Shown here: piece after piece, positions 34,511-53,012 of the stretch
Numbering within the stretch: position 1 is the first letter of the stretch
How the letters are laid out: every line of letters begins with the position of its first letter
From: the human T2T-CHM13v2.0 reference genome, Homo sapiens
DNA length: 64,000 nt
Strand: one strand, 5' to 3'
Assembly (NCBI RefSeq): GCF_009914755.1
Contig: NC_060934.1
The notes under the pieces: model-generated
Told to the model about the DNA's origin: nothing
Seen by the model: only the letters and a program-made list of their open reading frames with translations
The model's database searches: none
Program-made: the position numbers and the translations under genes

Positions 34511-34755
34511 AGGGGGAAATATAAGTACAGAGACAAGTTTTAGAAGCTAGAAGAGAGTAATAAAAATACGTTAAAATAGAAAAGTAAGAATCTCCCTGCA
34601 TCCAATTGGCTTTAAGGGGAAATTCCACAAATATTCAAAGAAGATAATTTCCATCTTTAACAAACTTTCCATTTTTAAATTTTTTTTAAATGGAAAGATA
34701 GTTAACTTATTTTATGAGACCATGTGAAATTAGATAAAAATTATAGGACAGTATA

Positions 34756-35401
34756 AAATGCTTTTACACTGTTGGTGGTAGCATAAATTAGTTCAACCAT
34801 TGTGGAAGACAGTGTGGTGATTCCACAAAGATGTAGAGGCAGAAATGCCAGTCGACCCAGCAATCCTGTTACTGGGTATATACCCAAAGGAATAGAAATC
34901 ATTCCATTATAAAGATACATGCATTTGTATGTTCATTGCAGCACTATTCACAATAGCAAAGACATGGAATTTGCCTAAATGCTCATCAATGATAGATTGG
35001 ATAAAGCAAATGCGACATATATACACCATGGAATACTATGCCATCATAAAAAGGAATGAGATCATGTTTTTTGCAGGGATGTGGATGGAGTTGGAAGCCA
35101 TTATCTTCATCAAACTAATGCAGAAACAGAAAACCAAATGCTGCATGTTCTCACTCATAAGTGGGAGCTGAACAACCAGAACACATGGACACATGGGGGA
35201 ACAACACACACTGGGGCCTGTCGGGGGTGGGAGTCGGGGGAGGGAGAGCATCAGGAAGAATAGTTAATGGATGCTGGGCTTAATACCTAGGTGATGATAT
35301 GATCTGGGCAGCAAACCACTATGGCCCACATTTACCTATGTAACAAACCTGCACATCCTGCACATGTACCCCTGAACTTAAAAGTTAAAGGAAAAAAAAA
35401 A
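34756..35401 (+). mobile_element. L1PA 3' end, 5'-truncated
   Basis: MFIAALFTIAKTW...HIYTMEYYA; 3'UTR G-rich tract; poly(A). Confidence 0.92.
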
Positions 35402-35559
35402 GATATATTAGAATCAAACCTGGCAGCATATTAACATCATCATGACTAAATAGGATTTATCTCATTAATGTAAACATGCTTAAGATAATAAATAAACATT
35501 AGAAAATATAGCCATATAATTCTTTACATTAACAGATTAAGATAAAGACATACAATCCA

Positions 35560-37484
<1,925 letters not shown>

Positions 37485-37794
37485 TAAAATTAAAAAAAAA
37501 ATCCCTTACCAGATCAGTTATAAAAGGATGCTGGCTTAACCTAATAAAATATATCAATTAGAATTCGACAGCAAACACTATATTTAGTAACAAAGCATTA
37601 TAATAACTCCCACTAAAATCAGAAAAAGTTCTGGAATATTTGCCACCAGTCACTTTTATCCTACTTTTTAGAAGCAATGCCAACCAACGAAATCACACCA
37701 CACACACACACACATACACACACAAATTAAGAGTAAAAAAACTAAAGAGTAAATGCTAAGCTATTATATGTAGACAAAAATTACCTACTTAGAT

Positions 37795-38125
37795 CAGCAA
37801 TTCCCAACCTTTTGGATGCCAAGGACTGATTTCATGGAAGACAATTTTTTCCAGGGACCGAGGGAGGTGGATGGTTTTGGGATGACTTAAGCACATTACA
37901 TTTATCATTAGATTCTCATAAGGAGTGTGCAACCTAGATTCCTGGCATGCGCAGTTCACAATAGGGTTCACTCCTAGGAGAATCTAATGGCATGGCTGAT
38001 CTCACAGGAGGCAGAGCTCAGGCAGTAATGCTCACTTGCTAGCTGCTCACATCCTGCTGTACGGCCTGGTTCCTAACAGACCAGGGATTGGTACCGGTCC
38101 GTGACCAGCAGGTAGGGAATCCCTA
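37795..38125 (+). mobile_element. MER1B
   Basis: 8-bp hAT TSD ACTTAGAT (37787-37794, 38126-38133). Confidence 0.9.
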
Positions 38126-38359
38126 ACTTAGATTTAAAAAAAAATTAAAAGACAAGGTATTAGAGCTAATATGGGAGTGTGGTGGTGTGGAAGGATATGA
38201 TGTCATCGCTAAAAATAACCTACTAATTCTGCTATGCACTGCCACTAACAGTTTAAAACTATAAATGGGGTGTGGAGAAGAGGGTAAGTGAGGGCAGAGT
38301 AGGAAGAGAGAGAGAAAGAGACTCCCATTCATAATAGTGATTAAAAGTAATTGAAACTA

Positions 38360-38674
<315 letters not shown>

Positions 38675-39811
38675 TTAAAAATGAATCTAACAAGAGATGC
38701 TCAAAATCTTAGATCTTTAAAAATAATAATGTCTGATTTTTCTGAACAATTAAAAAACTGCATAAATGATAAATATATCTTGTTTATCAGTGAGAAGATT
38801 CATTATTATAAAGATATAATTTATCATCATATGAATCTATAAATTCGATGTAATTCCAATAAAAATTCCAAGAACTTTCATGTGAAAACAGCTATCCATT
38901 TAGTAAAAATAAAATAAAATAAAATTTTATTTGTAATCAACCTAACTAGAAAAATAAACCCCATATAGATTAACCAGCTAAATGTAAAGAAAATGAAAAT
39001 ATAAAAGCATTAAAAGAAAATATAGATAAATATGTCTCTAATACTTAAAATGGGGAAGGCATTCTTAAATAGGATTTATAAAGCCAGAAAGGACAAAGAA
39101 TGAGAAACTCATCTGCATCAAATACAAGAAAAGAAAACAATAACAATATTTTTAAATGATAAAAGACACTATTAACAAAGTTAAAGAGACAAGCAAGAGC
39201 ATAGCAAAAAATATTTGCAACATATACAATAGACAAAGTATTACTTCCAAGAATTTTGACATGTCAATAAGAACAAAATGAGAATAAAATCAGTATAAAA
39301 ATGAAAAGAGGAGGATGAGGCAATTTTAGGAAGATATGGGAATCCGAAAGCCAATTATGTAAATGATTAAACTAATGAGATACAATTTTTCATATACTAA
39401 GTTTGGTTAAAGTTGAAAAGTCGTTTCTATATTAAACTGGAACAGATGTGCGAAGCAATGGGAGTGCAAACTAGTACAGCCTCTTAGGAGAATTATTTGG
39501 CATTATCAATTAAAATGTAATATGTGCATACTCAAGGCTTAACAATTCCACTCATTAGTATCCTACCCTAAGAAATTTCTACACATGTGCACAAGGAATC
39601 ACAAAGAAGCTCACTGCAGCATTGTTTATATTAATAAAAGATTGACAGCAACAAAAACGGCCACTGTGGAAATAAACTAATGCTACAAAAATATCCCCAA
39701 CATATGTTGATGAGTGTAAAACATTAAGTTGAAGAACAATAAGTAATAAGAAACTATTTATGTAAAATAAAACAGAAAGCATAAAACATGAGTATACATT
39801 TACATAGACAG

Positions 39812-40169
39812 TGCTACAGTTGGAATGTTTGGGTCCCCTGAAATGTATATGTTAAAACTTAATCACCAATGTGATGGTGTTAGAAAGTGCGGCCTTTGGG
39901 AAGTTATTAGGTCCTGAAAGTCTCACCTTCATGAAAGAGATTAGTGCCCTTATAAAAGAGGCTTCAGGGAGCTTGTTCACCTCTTCCGCCATGTGAGAAT
40001 AAAGCAGAAAGTTGTCGTCTACGACAAATGGACCCTCACCAGACTCCATCTGCTGGCACCTTGACCTTGGACTTCTCAGACTTCAGACTATGAGCAATAC
40101 ATCTTTGTTTCTTTTATAAATTATCCAGTCTAAGGTATTTTACTGTAGCAGCCTGAATCGACTAAGACA
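39812..40169 (+). mobile_element. MLT1A-type solo LTR
   Basis: TG...CA ends (ACTAAGACA); 5-bp flanks GACAG/GACAT. Confidence 0.85.
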
Positions 40170-40682
40170 GACATATATGTAAATATGTAAAAGTATAGGA
40201 AGAGGTCAGAAAGGGTACTTACCAAATTGATTATAAGCGAACTAGGATGGGGTTTGGTGTGATCACAGGAACTTAGCTTTATCTGTATTCTTTGCCTTTT
40301 TTTTTTAAAATATAGTCATATAATGAAGCATTCCTATTTTGTAGAGTTAATAAAAAAAACTTTATTAAAAGTTTTGATGAGTATCATGTGTAATTTGATC
40401 AAGGGCTGCTCTTGGTAAGGTCAGTACTTAAATAAGTACTGTCCTGCCTCTTAAGTCTTCACTCAAACAAATTAATAAAGGACAAAGGAGAGAATGATGA
40501 AAACTTGTGTTTCATTGTTGTTGCTTACCTTCCCAGATATTTAACAATTTTATGTCCTGGGGGTGAGTTTTGGTAGCACAGGAGAAAGCTTCTTAGCCAA
40601 TATAATTGAAACTATAAGTGGGTCAGTTACTAAAAATAAGGATAATAATATGGAACAAAGAAACATTAAAAATGTTACATAT

Positions 40683-41051
40683 TCATATGGTTTGGCTGTG
40701 TCCTCACCCAAATCTCATCTTGAATTGTAATTCCCACAATTCCCACACATCGTGGGTGGAACCCAATGGGAGGTGATTGAATTATGGGGGCAAGTTTTTC
40801 CCTAGCTGTTCTCGTGACAGTGAATGAGTCTCCCGAGATCTGATGGTTTTAAAAATGGGAGTCTTCCTGTGCAAGCTCTCTCTTTGCCTGCTGCCATCCA
40901 TGTAAAACATGACTTTCTCCTCTTTGCCTTCCACCATGATTGTGAGGCCTCTGTAGCCACGTGGAGCTGTGAGTCCAAGAAATCTCTTTCTTTTGTAAAT
41001 TTCCCAGTCTTGGGTATGTCTTTATCAGCAGCATGAAAATGGATGAACACA
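40683..41051 (+). mobile_element. THE1 solo LTR
   Basis: ATATGGTTTGGCTGTGTC start; ATCAGCAGCATGAAAATGG end. Confidence 0.88.
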
Positions 41052-41749
41052 TATATATATTTTAAGACAATTTGAACTTGACATGTATAAATATATATTC
41101 ATTTGCCAAGCTTTTGATGCCAGATTGAGGGCTTTTACTCCAATTATAGGGCCTCTACTTAGGGTTCCTTTTTCTCTTCCTCACAAAACCCATTCCTGTA
41201 AAGCAGCATGCTTTATCTCTAGTTTTGCTCTCTTTAAACTAGAATAAAACTGAGGACAAGCACAAAGCAACTAGAGTGCAGACTCCTCATAGATTTGAAG
41301 AATTTCCTACCCAGTAATTTTTAGTTGTCTAACCCTTGCCTAATTTGATTCATTTTTGCAACTCACATTTATCTAGCTTTCCAAAACACTCAACCTAGGT
41401 TTATAGAAACAACCCTCTTCTGATATTTGTTTTCATCAATTTACTTAACTCAAAATTAAATCTCATAATTATATGACTATGACTGTTATCACAAGGTATT
41501 AAGTAACTCCGAGTAAGCAAATAAGTCAACAGTTAGCAGGAGAAGAGGCCAGGCATCACCTTTAGCATTCTGGGAGCCCAGGCCATTGTTCTGTTTGTCT
41601 TACAGGGCACCAGATATGTTTCTGGAGTTGATCAAACAGGTTGGTTGAGAAGGCTTCTACAGTGTTTCATGGTATTACAGCTAGCCCCAGGAATGCCCAT
41701 ATCCACCTATAGAACCACTCCTTTGTGAAAGATTTCTTAAAAAGATATA

Positions 41750-42206
41750 TGTAAGACAGTTCTCTGGGGGCCTTGGACTAACCCATTTCTTCCCATTTCT
41801 TACTTGTTCTCAATAATAACTGATGAGTGTGCTGGGAATGCAATATCTTGAGATAAGGGGGAGCTGACTGGAACAGCCTGGGCTCTGTTCCAGCCTCTCC
41901 TAGAAAAAGGATGTCCCTTCAATGGTTTAGCTTAATGAGTCCTGTAACCACAGGGTATAAAACTCAGGGCAGGATGCTTTTTCGGGTCCCTCAGCTGCGA
42001 TGCAATTGGGGCATACACAGATGAAACTCCATCTGCCATGGGCAATTTTCCTGAGACTTAGGGAGGCACAGGCTCATCGTGAATTCCAGGGTTCTGTTGT
42101 CCCTTGCTGCCTAAGTAATAAATTCACTTCATGTAACTTGCGTGTGTGAGTGTTCTGTCTCAGCAGACTTGGGCAAGTAACCAGCGCATAGTGAGCCTGA
42201 TGTGCA
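41750..42206 (+). mobile_element. ERV solo LTR (LTR47-like)
   Basis: TGTAAG start, TATAAAA at about 41956, AATAAA at about 42117, CA end. Confidence 0.65.
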
Positions 42207-42480
42207 ATATACATAAGAAAGAGTAGCATAACTTCCTCCTAGCAGCTTGGCTCACTGGTAAAGGAGAGCTGGCATAAGAACCACACTTGGAGATTTTCCC
42301 ACTGTCGGGCAAGCTTCATAGCACAGGAGCCCAGTTCAGGGGTCATCACACATTCAGGCATGGGTGAGAAAGCAGAGGGCTGCAGGGCCTCCAAGTGGGC
42401 TTTGACTCCATTTACTCACTTGGACTTGTGGAAGAAGATCAATGGGGAAAATGTCAGAAGTTAAATAGCTTACAGAATAA

Positions 42481-42844
<364 letters not shown>

Positions 42845-44249
42845 TATTTATTTATAGTAATATAGTGAAGCCCCGTGAACTGCCTGCTCATACTCAAGCC
42901 CGGAGTAATATCTGTAACTTTTGTTTGCCTGTATGCCCCTCCTCTCTCCCCTCCTCTTGCCTCCCCCATCAAGAGTAGCCAGGATTCAAGTCATGCATTT
43001 TATCATTCTCTTACTTATTTTTGTTTTAAATACATGTATGCATACAATCTACTTAATCAAGGTAAAAAAAAAATAAAATAAACTTTTTTACTATTTGCCC
43101 AGTTGTGCCTGCCCTGGAAGTCTAAGAAAAGGATAATATAAAAGATTCAGTAGAAGCCTATAAATAATTGCATTATCTAGAGAAACACCAATTGTTTTTG
43201 AGGGAGTAAGAGGAAACCAGTGTTTCACAGAGAAATTAGAAATAGCTAACTTAGTTTCCTTTTGGTCTAAAAAATCAACGATCTTTCTTTTCCACTTATC
43301 TTTAATTTTTTTTTTTTTTTTTTTTTTTTTTTGTCACACCAAGGGTTTGAACCCAGTTGTTGAATTGCACTGTAGAATGGACCAAGAATGTGGCTATGGC
43401 GGTATTTCATAACTGGTTTGCCTTGGAAGCAGAGTCAACATCTTCCTGTTAGGGGATGTGGTATAATCACCACCTACATGATAGATGGGGAGGTCACAAA
43501 AAGTTCATTATTCTAGAGGATCCCAATAAGCTTAGAAAAGTTATTTCAACACAAACGTGACTGTATTTCTGTTATCTGAGATTGCTTCTTCCTATACTAC
43601 CTGCTTTCTACATCATCCTTTCTTTTCTTAGAGGGAAAATAATCCCACTCTCTCCATTTCTTCTCTCAGATGCTTATTCTATAGTCTGTCCTGAGACCAG
43701 GGTTAAGATCTTTGCAGTCTTCCTGGTGTCCTGTAAGACAGCCAGTGTTATTCTAAGTTTGGAATGAGAGAAAAGATGAGGAAGTTTCTGTGTCCAGCAG
43801 TGTGGTCCTGAAGCCTCAGCCTCAGTACCTGGCATGGTGGAAATTGATTTACCTCGCTCCGTATCAGCAAGTCTGCGGAAGCCTGAGTCTATTTGCCATG
43901 CGAAAAACTATAAAAAGACCAAGGCCATTCAGATGTCTGAAGTCTGGCTGTAGCTGCACACATAGCAGAATTCCCTGGCTTAGATCAGAATTGACAAGTT
44001 AAAGAGATGCTCAATAAGATTGACTCAGCAGGGACTGATGAAGATAAATTGAGAAAACTCAGTCTGAATACCTCTATGAGGAAGATGACAGCTTACCTGT
44101 CAAGGAAAATCGTGCAAAGGAATATCTCATCCACTTATGACCTATCCACACATGCAATTGGTTGATTTCTATGCTATGTAGTATTCTGGCATAAAAGGTG
44201 GGATTGATAAATAAGACATGTTCTCCATTCAGAAGAAATCTACAATCTC

Positions 44250-44860
44250 AGCTGGGCATGGTGGCTCACACCTCTAATCCCAGCACTTTGGAAGGCCAAG
44301 GTGGAAGGCTGTCTTGAGCCCAGGAGTTTCAGACTAGCCTGGGCAACAGGGCAAGATCCCATCTCTACAAAAACATTTAAAAAAATTGGCCAGGTGTGGT
44401 GGCTCACACCTGTAACCCTGGCCCTTTGGGAGGCCGAGGCAAGCAGATCACTTGAGGTCAGGAATTCAAAACCAGCCTGACCAACATGGTGAAACCTGGT
44501 CTCTACTAAAAATACAAAAAAATTAGCTGAGCGTGGTGGCAGGCACCTGTAATTCAAGCTACTTGGGAGGCTGAGGCAGGAGAATCGCTTGAACCAGGAG
44601 GCAGAGGTTGCAGTGAGCTAAGCTTGTGCCACTGCACCCCAGCCTGGGTGATAGAGCAAGATTCTTTAAATAAATAAATAAATAAATAAGCTGGCATGGT
44701 GGGGCAAATATGTAGTCCCAGATACTTGGGAGGCTGAGGCAGAAGGATTGCTTGAGCCCAGGAGGTTAAGGCTGCAGTGAGCTATAATCACAGCACTTCA
44801 CTCCAGCCTGAGAGACAAAGTGAGACCCTGTCCCCTCCTCCCTCCCAAAAAAACCCATCC
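44250..44860 (+). mobile_element. Nested Alus: AluS (about 44388-44688) inserted in the linker of an AluJ
   Basis: Left arm, complete Alu with (TAAA)n tail, then right arm; flanks AAGAAA(T/C)CTACAATCT. Confidence 0.9.
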
Positions 44861-45569
44861 AAACAGCAAAAAAGAAACCTACAATCTAAGTCTAGAAGGG
44901 CAGAATAAGATGATGCCAAGACAGAGATTCAGGCTGAAAAGGATATATATCATAAGAGACACGGGCATAGGGCTGAGAGGGTTTTGAGAAGAAATAAATG
45001 TTCATTCACTGAGCACCTACTACATGCTGGGCATTGGACTGATGTGTCCAGTTTCAGATCTCAACCCTTGTTCAGCTCTAATGGCATCCTTCAGGAATCT
45101 TATCATCATTACAAATTACATTACTATTACAAAGTAAACAGGAGACAAGATAAGCCCTTCTCATTAGTTCTGTCTCATGAGTAGGCCCTTATGTCATTTT
45201 TCAGGAGACTGAATTTGAACTTCGGAATATATTACAAAAAAATCCCCATAAACTTTTGTACTTAGGGCCTTTTATGCTTTATTACTTAAGACTTTTACAT
45301 GTGTATGTAATGAAAAAAGGAAATAATCTTTAAAACAGGTCAGAAATGAGGGAATAACTGTACGTGAACAGAAAAACCCTTAGTTGAAACATTTTTTTTC
45401 ATTAGCATTAGCTGCACGCTTTGCTGTTATGAACTCAGACAAGTTCAAGCCGTGACACTGACTTATCGTGACTGATCTGAAATTTTCCAATGTGATCTAA
45501 AGGGGTCAATGATGTAACTGAAATCTTTAAGCCCAACGAAAAGAACTGAATAATCATTAAATGAACGAC

Positions 45570-46480
45570 AGCAGAGTTTCTAGAAGTGTTCTCAACTTTG
45601 GCTGCTTTAAAAAATCCAGGTGCCGACTGGGCGCAGTGGCTCACGCCTGTAATCTCAGCACTTTGGGAGGCCGAGGCGGGTGGATCACTTGAGGTCATAA
45701 GTTCGAGACCAGCCTGGCCAACATGGTGAAACTCCATCTCTCCTAAAAATACAAAAATTAGCTGGGCATGGATGTGTGCGTCTATAATCCCAATTACTTG
45801 GGAGGCTGAGGCAGGAGAATCGCTTGAACCCAGGAGGAGGAGGTTGCATGTAGTGAGCTGAGATCGTACCACTGCACTCCATCCTGGGAGACAGAGTGAG
45901 ACTCTGTCTCAAAAAAAAAAAAAAAATCCAGGTGCAATGCCGCCAACCTATTAGATCAAAGCCTGTCACAGTGGGATCCTGCTTCCACATTTTTTAAAGC
46001 TCCAGATAATTCCAATGTGCAACCGGTATTCAGGAACACCTCTAGACCGGATATTTAAGCTCAAATTGGATACAGATTCTGATTCAGGTGGTGGGGGCTG
46101 GGGTGGGGCCTGAGGTTCTGCATTTGTGATGAACTCCAGGGAGACGCTAGTGCTGTTTGTTTGCTTGTGCAGCCATAGTCTAAGTGAAATGATACTCAAA
46201 GTGAGGTGTAGACCCCTGAGTCAGAATCACGGGGGGGACAGAGGGGAGTGCTTAATAAAATGCAGCTATCTGGGCTCTACCCCAGACCCAATCATAGTCT
46301 CTAGTGGAGGGTGAAGACTAATCAGCTGTGGAGCTTAAAACAATGTTCATGTCCAATAAATAACCCCATTCTCCCTCCACCCAGATTGGAATTAGGCTTT
46401 AGGTTTAGGCTGTGTCCCAGGCACTTTCGTTTCATTAAACTGTTCAGGTGGCTCCAATGTACAGTCAGTCAGAGCTAGGG
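45570..46480. mobile_element. MER5-type DNA transposon fragments
   Basis: GTTCTCAACTTTGGCTGC, CCAGATAATTCCAATGTGCAACC and GATTCTGATTCAG...GGGTGGGGCCTGAG. Confidence 0.65.
45620..45926 (+). mobile_element. Alu (S-type)
   Basis: Dimer; TSD AAAAAATCCAGGTGC. Confidence 0.95.
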
Positions 46481-46489
46481 CAGGAGGTC

Positions 46490-46855
46490 TGTATTAGTCC
46501 GTTTTCACACTGCTATTATATAAAGATACTACCTGAGACTGGGTAATTTATAAAGAAAGGAATTTAATTGACTCACAGTTCTGCATGGCTGGGGAGGCCT
46601 CAAGAAACTTACGATCGTGGTGGAAGTTGGAGGGAAGCAAGCATCTTCTTCACATGGTGGCAGGAGAGAGAGAGCAAAGGGGGAACTGCCAAACATTTTA
46701 AAACCATCAACTCTCATGAGAACTCACTCACTATCACAAGAACAGCATGGGGGAAATTATACCCATGGTCCCATCACCTCCTACCAGGTCCCTGACACTT
46801 AGGGATTACAATTCGAGGTGAGATTTGGGTGGGGACACAGAGCCAAACCATACCA
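46490..46855 (-). mobile_element. MST-type MaLR solo LTR
   Basis: TGTATTAGTCCGTTTTCACACTGCTA...GACACAGAGCCAAACCATA. Confidence 0.88.
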
Positions 46856-47030
46856 GGTTCCCAAACTTGTCTGAACATTGGAAGTGCCTGGTGAACATCA
46901 GAAACTCCTGGCGCCTGTGCGCCAACCCCAGAGACTGGGATTTCATGAATCTGGGATGCAGCTTGGCCTCCAAAATACTTCACAGTTTCCTAGTTAATTC
47001 TGATGAACAGAAAGGCTTGGGAACCACTGG
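46856..47030. mobile_element. MER5-type fragment
   Basis: GTTCCCAAAC...TTGGGAACCACTG terminal inverted repeats. Confidence 0.6.
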
Positions 47031-47583
47031 TGAGGGGACCCATATTTCAGCACATTGTCCGGGTAATTTTTATGCGTGTGAAAGCTCGAGAGTCTCTGCT
47101 CTGGAGAAAAGTCAAAGTCAACTCTGTTAGTACAAGGAGAAACTGCCTGCAAGGACTTCAGTTATAGCTCTATGAGCAGCCTTAGAACTATAACTAAACC
47201 TTCAAATGTCTGTTGGATTCACTGGATGCAGGAGGACTCAGGTATGCAAGAGGCAAACGAGGTGGAAGAAAAAGTATTACACGTGCCAAGACTCTTCCAA
47301 AGCAATGTACCCCAATATGGTTGTACAGCATAGCTGTTAGATTGCTAAGAGTTATTGATATGATAGAAGATTCATTCAAAAATAATTTATTATAAGTAGG
47401 TACTTTTATTTTTTTCAATCATCAGATTGGAGGTATTGATCTTTAGTGATTATATGTTATTTGTTTAGTAAAGAGCTCTGTTTTTAGAGGCGAAAAATGA
47501 GGCCATAGAAATTGTGGTATACATCAATCTTTTTTTCTGACAGGTCAGCAGAAATTGTGCACTTCTTTTGAAAGGATGCAGCC

Positions 47584-47874
<291 letters not shown>

Positions 47875-47889
47875 CTTCTTTGAACCAAT

Positions 47890-48295
47890 TATTTTGGTTG
47901 GAGGTTAAAAAGGTCCACTTGAGTTGCATGCCCAGGCTTGTTTCATAGAACCTGAGCTTATTCCCTCAACATCAGACCTCAGCTAGGCTAATTTGAGTCC
48001 TGCTCTAAAATTTCTCAAACCATAGCTGATGTTTCTGCAGTCACAAAGTAACATGCCATGGCCATCTCCTATGATGTGGAGGGGACTTGCCCGCAGTGAG
48101 AGAGAATTAGGCCAACTCAGTGAGAGAAGCTAGGTGAACCCTGGGACAGGAGACATATTAGTCCCCATTCCTGGTTATTCGGTTTTACTTTAAATTTTGT
48201 GAGCTGTCTTAGTATCATTTTAGTGAGTCATCCATTTTGCTTAAGAGGGTTTGAATTAAGTTTCTGTTACTGCCAAGCCAAAGAAAAACGAACAG
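47890..48295 (+). mobile_element. MLT1-type LTR fragment
   Basis: 3' end TTGCTTAAG...GTTTCTGTTACTGCCAAGCCAAAGA. Confidence 0.55.
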
Positions 48296-49099
48296 TCCAA
48301 CATGGCACCATTCCCTTAGTATATTGTTCTATATGTGCAGGACCTCCTCAAGTGAGCTTTGAGTAACGAGCAAATCTTGGTTACTGAAAATAGGAAGCCA
48401 GGTCATGGCAGGGCACAGAAAAAATTCTAGTGAGTCAGAGATGGAAATGGGGTAAGTTAGAATCCGAGGAGAGATTCAAAATATAAGAAAGGAGAAAAAA
48501 ACTCTTACGTGGATACCAATAGTCTGCTGGTTTCCCACAATGCCTACCAAACCATCGAGTTGTGTAATTTGGGACCAAATTTTTTTTAAACAAGTGTCAA
48601 TTTTGCAGCTTGCCACACACTGTGTTTTGTTGGGCTTCGAAGGCAATAATCACCAGTATTTATACCATACTTTATAATTTACAAAGTGTTTTCAGAATTG
48701 TTATTTCATTCCCCAGAGGAGAAAATTTGCTCCGAATAAGACCAAGTTTTCCCCGAAGATCTCGACTACAAAGACTTAGAACCAAGACCCAGTTCCAAGG
48801 CTTTTCTTCTAAGTCCAAACCTGTGGTCTTTTCCATGCACCACTGTGTCTGCCTCCAAGGAACAGATAGTATCACTGGGGAGACATCAGCAACTCAACGT
48901 ACCAGGAAGACCTTTCCAGGAAAACATTTCTCTAGTTTTATAATGGAAGCCAATAACAAAAGAGGAATTCCTGCCACTATTATGTGACAGGCCTGTGTTG
49001 GCAGAAAGAAACACTAGCTGTGATAGAAATCTCTAAATGGGTATTTGACGCAACACATCAGTTCAACTGAATTATGGGAGGTCAATGGGTAGCTTTTCA

Positions 49100-49258
49100 A
49101 CAAGAAAGTCCACAAGGCAAGGAATCAGGAATCTGGATCCAAGTCCAACATCATCGTTAACTGCTGCTTCTTAACCTTCCCAGGCCTTAGTTTTGCTATC
49201 TGTAAAATGAAAGGTTGGACGCGATGATCTCCGATGACTCTTCCCCCTAAAATTCTAT
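49100..49258 (+). mobile_element. MIR3-like fragment
   Basis: CTTAACCTTCCCAGGCCTTAGTTTTGCTATCTGTAAAATGAAAGGTTGGAC. Confidence 0.75.
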
Positions 49259-49504
49259 ACTATTTGCTAGAATGCTCCTAGGAATTACACTGCACCATGG
49301 TTTATAGCTCACTCTAATTACAGGGTTTACAGTCAGAGAGAACAGTGAATTCTAAATCAGTTCAACGTCTAATTCCTGTTCAGTCATGTCAGGGCAGATT
49401 GTTTTTACATATATTAAATTTATGGCACTGCCCTTTTTAGGGGAGGAGGTGAGGCAACTTCATGTAATCTGTTTAGGTGAATAAGGCCGGAAAGCTATAA
49501 ACAA

Positions 49505-49755
49505 TAATGAGAGTAAGAATCAGCTAGGATACCTTATACTTCTCAAGACATGTTCGCAGTAAATCCATAAGATAGATGGGCAAGTATTTTTTGTTTTGTT
49601 TTGTCTTGTTTGCTTTTTAAAATATTACCTTTTGTCAGATGAAGAAAGTGAACACAGACTGGCTTACGTGATTTGACCAAAGTCTTCTTACGACAGAGCC
49701 AGGATTAAGACTCGGATTTCCTGACTTTGATTCTAGTATTTCTTCCAACAGTCAT
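49505..49755 (-). mobile_element. MIR
   Basis: CAGATGAAGAAAGTGA...GTGATTTGACCAAAGTC...CAGAGCCAGGATT. Confidence 0.7.
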
Positions 49756-51181
49756 GAAGAGTATATTTCCTTTGCAGTCATATAACATATTCTCATTAGC
49801 AAAATGCTCCTTTCTGATGTCTACGAAAAGGAGTTGGCAAGTATCATTCTTGATGACAGATGCTGGGGAGAGATGTATCATTAGGGTGCAAAGGCCACTT
49901 TCGAATGTTCTTTCTTGCTTCTTGAATATTTGCAGAGGCAGAAGATATGTGCATCTTAGGATCTATCATCATGTAAGCTGAAATGAAAAAAGAACTCGGG
50001 TTGAATTTACATAGACCTATCATTATTTCCAATTGCATCTGGTCAAAAACAAATGGGAATTTTAGAATGTCGTCATCTGTTCAATGCCTTCATTGCAAGG
50101 CTTGGTTGTAACTCCTGCTGGCTCTTTCATCTGAGTACATTTCCAATTTTGCTTTACATGATTCATCTTAAACTTTATTGTCATGCTCATGGTAATAATG
50201 CAGGTTGACAACACTTTAAATGGCTGGCTTCCCATGACACAAGGTAATTAATTTTTATATTGCATTTTTTAGTATAAAGTATTGAGACAAAGACTTTAAA
50301 GACCAAAATGATAATGGTTTTGGGGGTACACGAATTGGATCCCAACAATATCAGAAAAGTTGAAATGTAGAAATAATGAAAAGAGAGACAGATTAGGATA
50401 AAAGTTGTTAAGCTTTGGAATGGAATATTAAGGTTGCCCGGGTATTTCTTTCTAGGAGACTTGAAAGGTTGATGAATCTGGTGTTTTGATGACATTGGAG
50501 GTATCATATTCGTGGCTTGTAAAGTCCTTCCCCCCACCTATTCTTTTAGAAAAAGGATTTAAAAATGCCAAGACCTAGCTTACAGGGATATTCTTAAGAG
50601 GGGTTCATAAAAGACAAAGGATAGGGAAAATAAATCATCCTGGGCAGAGGAAGATTAAAAAAGAGATGTTTGAAGTTCAGTCCAGAAAGAATGGGGTTCT
50701 CATTGCCTGGAGCACTGGAGCCATCTTTGTGGTGGAAATTGCAGAGAGCTCAGGTGAGTGGCCAGGTAGAGAGGTGGGAGCAGATGGAGGAATGCAGGGG
50801 GCAACTGCATGCAACAGACTGAAAGGCATGTTTGCTAACCTCAGAGCTTTCCAAACAGGAAAGGAAGAGGGTCAGGAAATGTGAGTGGGAAGGGAGGTTT
50901 CACACTGAACTCTGGGACTCTGACTTAGAAGAGGTTTGTAGTCCCAATTATGAAGTTGGTGCTATTGGGCTGGGTCAGAACACAAACGCAGCAGAAACAG
51001 TTTGTCTTCCCAACTCCAGCCCCAATCCACTGGCCTTTCAGCAGTCTCAGCTCTCCCGCCTTTTAACTTCTAGCACCCTTGAATGTTCCCAGATCAAAGA
51101 CGATCCCATGAGTTCTGCAATTTTATGACAAGGTTTGATTCTAACTCGCTTTAGTTTTCCTGTCCCTTTCATAATTGGCCA

Positions 51182-51572
<391 letters not shown>

Positions 51573-52058
51573 TAAAAGCTTAATCTCCTGTCCAAGTGAC
51601 ATTCTCAGAGTCCTTTAAATGATGCAACCCTGGGCAATGACCCCCTCAGCCGTGGAGTAAGAAAGGACTCCGTTACATAGCTCGGTCTTAAAGCTGCTGT
51701 CCCTGTCTCCTCAAACAGTGCCAAACATGGCACATGCTTCCTGTTTGAGGACAAACTTCCACCCACCCATTTATCAAGCCTCATACTTTGGGATGTTCTC
51801 AATCGGACTTTCCCCGAAATGGACGTGGCTGCTTGTGCTTCACTACGCCTTTAGCCTGCTTAACCGATCTCACCCCGAGATCTTCCTGGCCAGGACCCGA
51901 CTTCCTCTAAGCCTCCTCATCCTCCCCATCCCAGTGTGGGCTTACTGATAGACCACCTGTGACGACCTCACCTCCCTGCCTACCTTGGCCCCTGGGGTCC
52001 TACCAGCTGCGCTCCACCAGGGCTAGAGCTGCCAACCCCAAAGCCTGTTCCACTGGAG

Positions 52059-53012
<954 letters not shown>

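Noticed and set aside
35222-35245. G-quadruplex motif
   Set aside because: It is the standard L1 3'UTR G-rich tract, not locus-specific
49790-50540. Inverted RT segment of a putative ancient LINE
   Set aside because: Depends wholly on weak by-eye motif matches; no nucleotide evidence for inversion breakpoints
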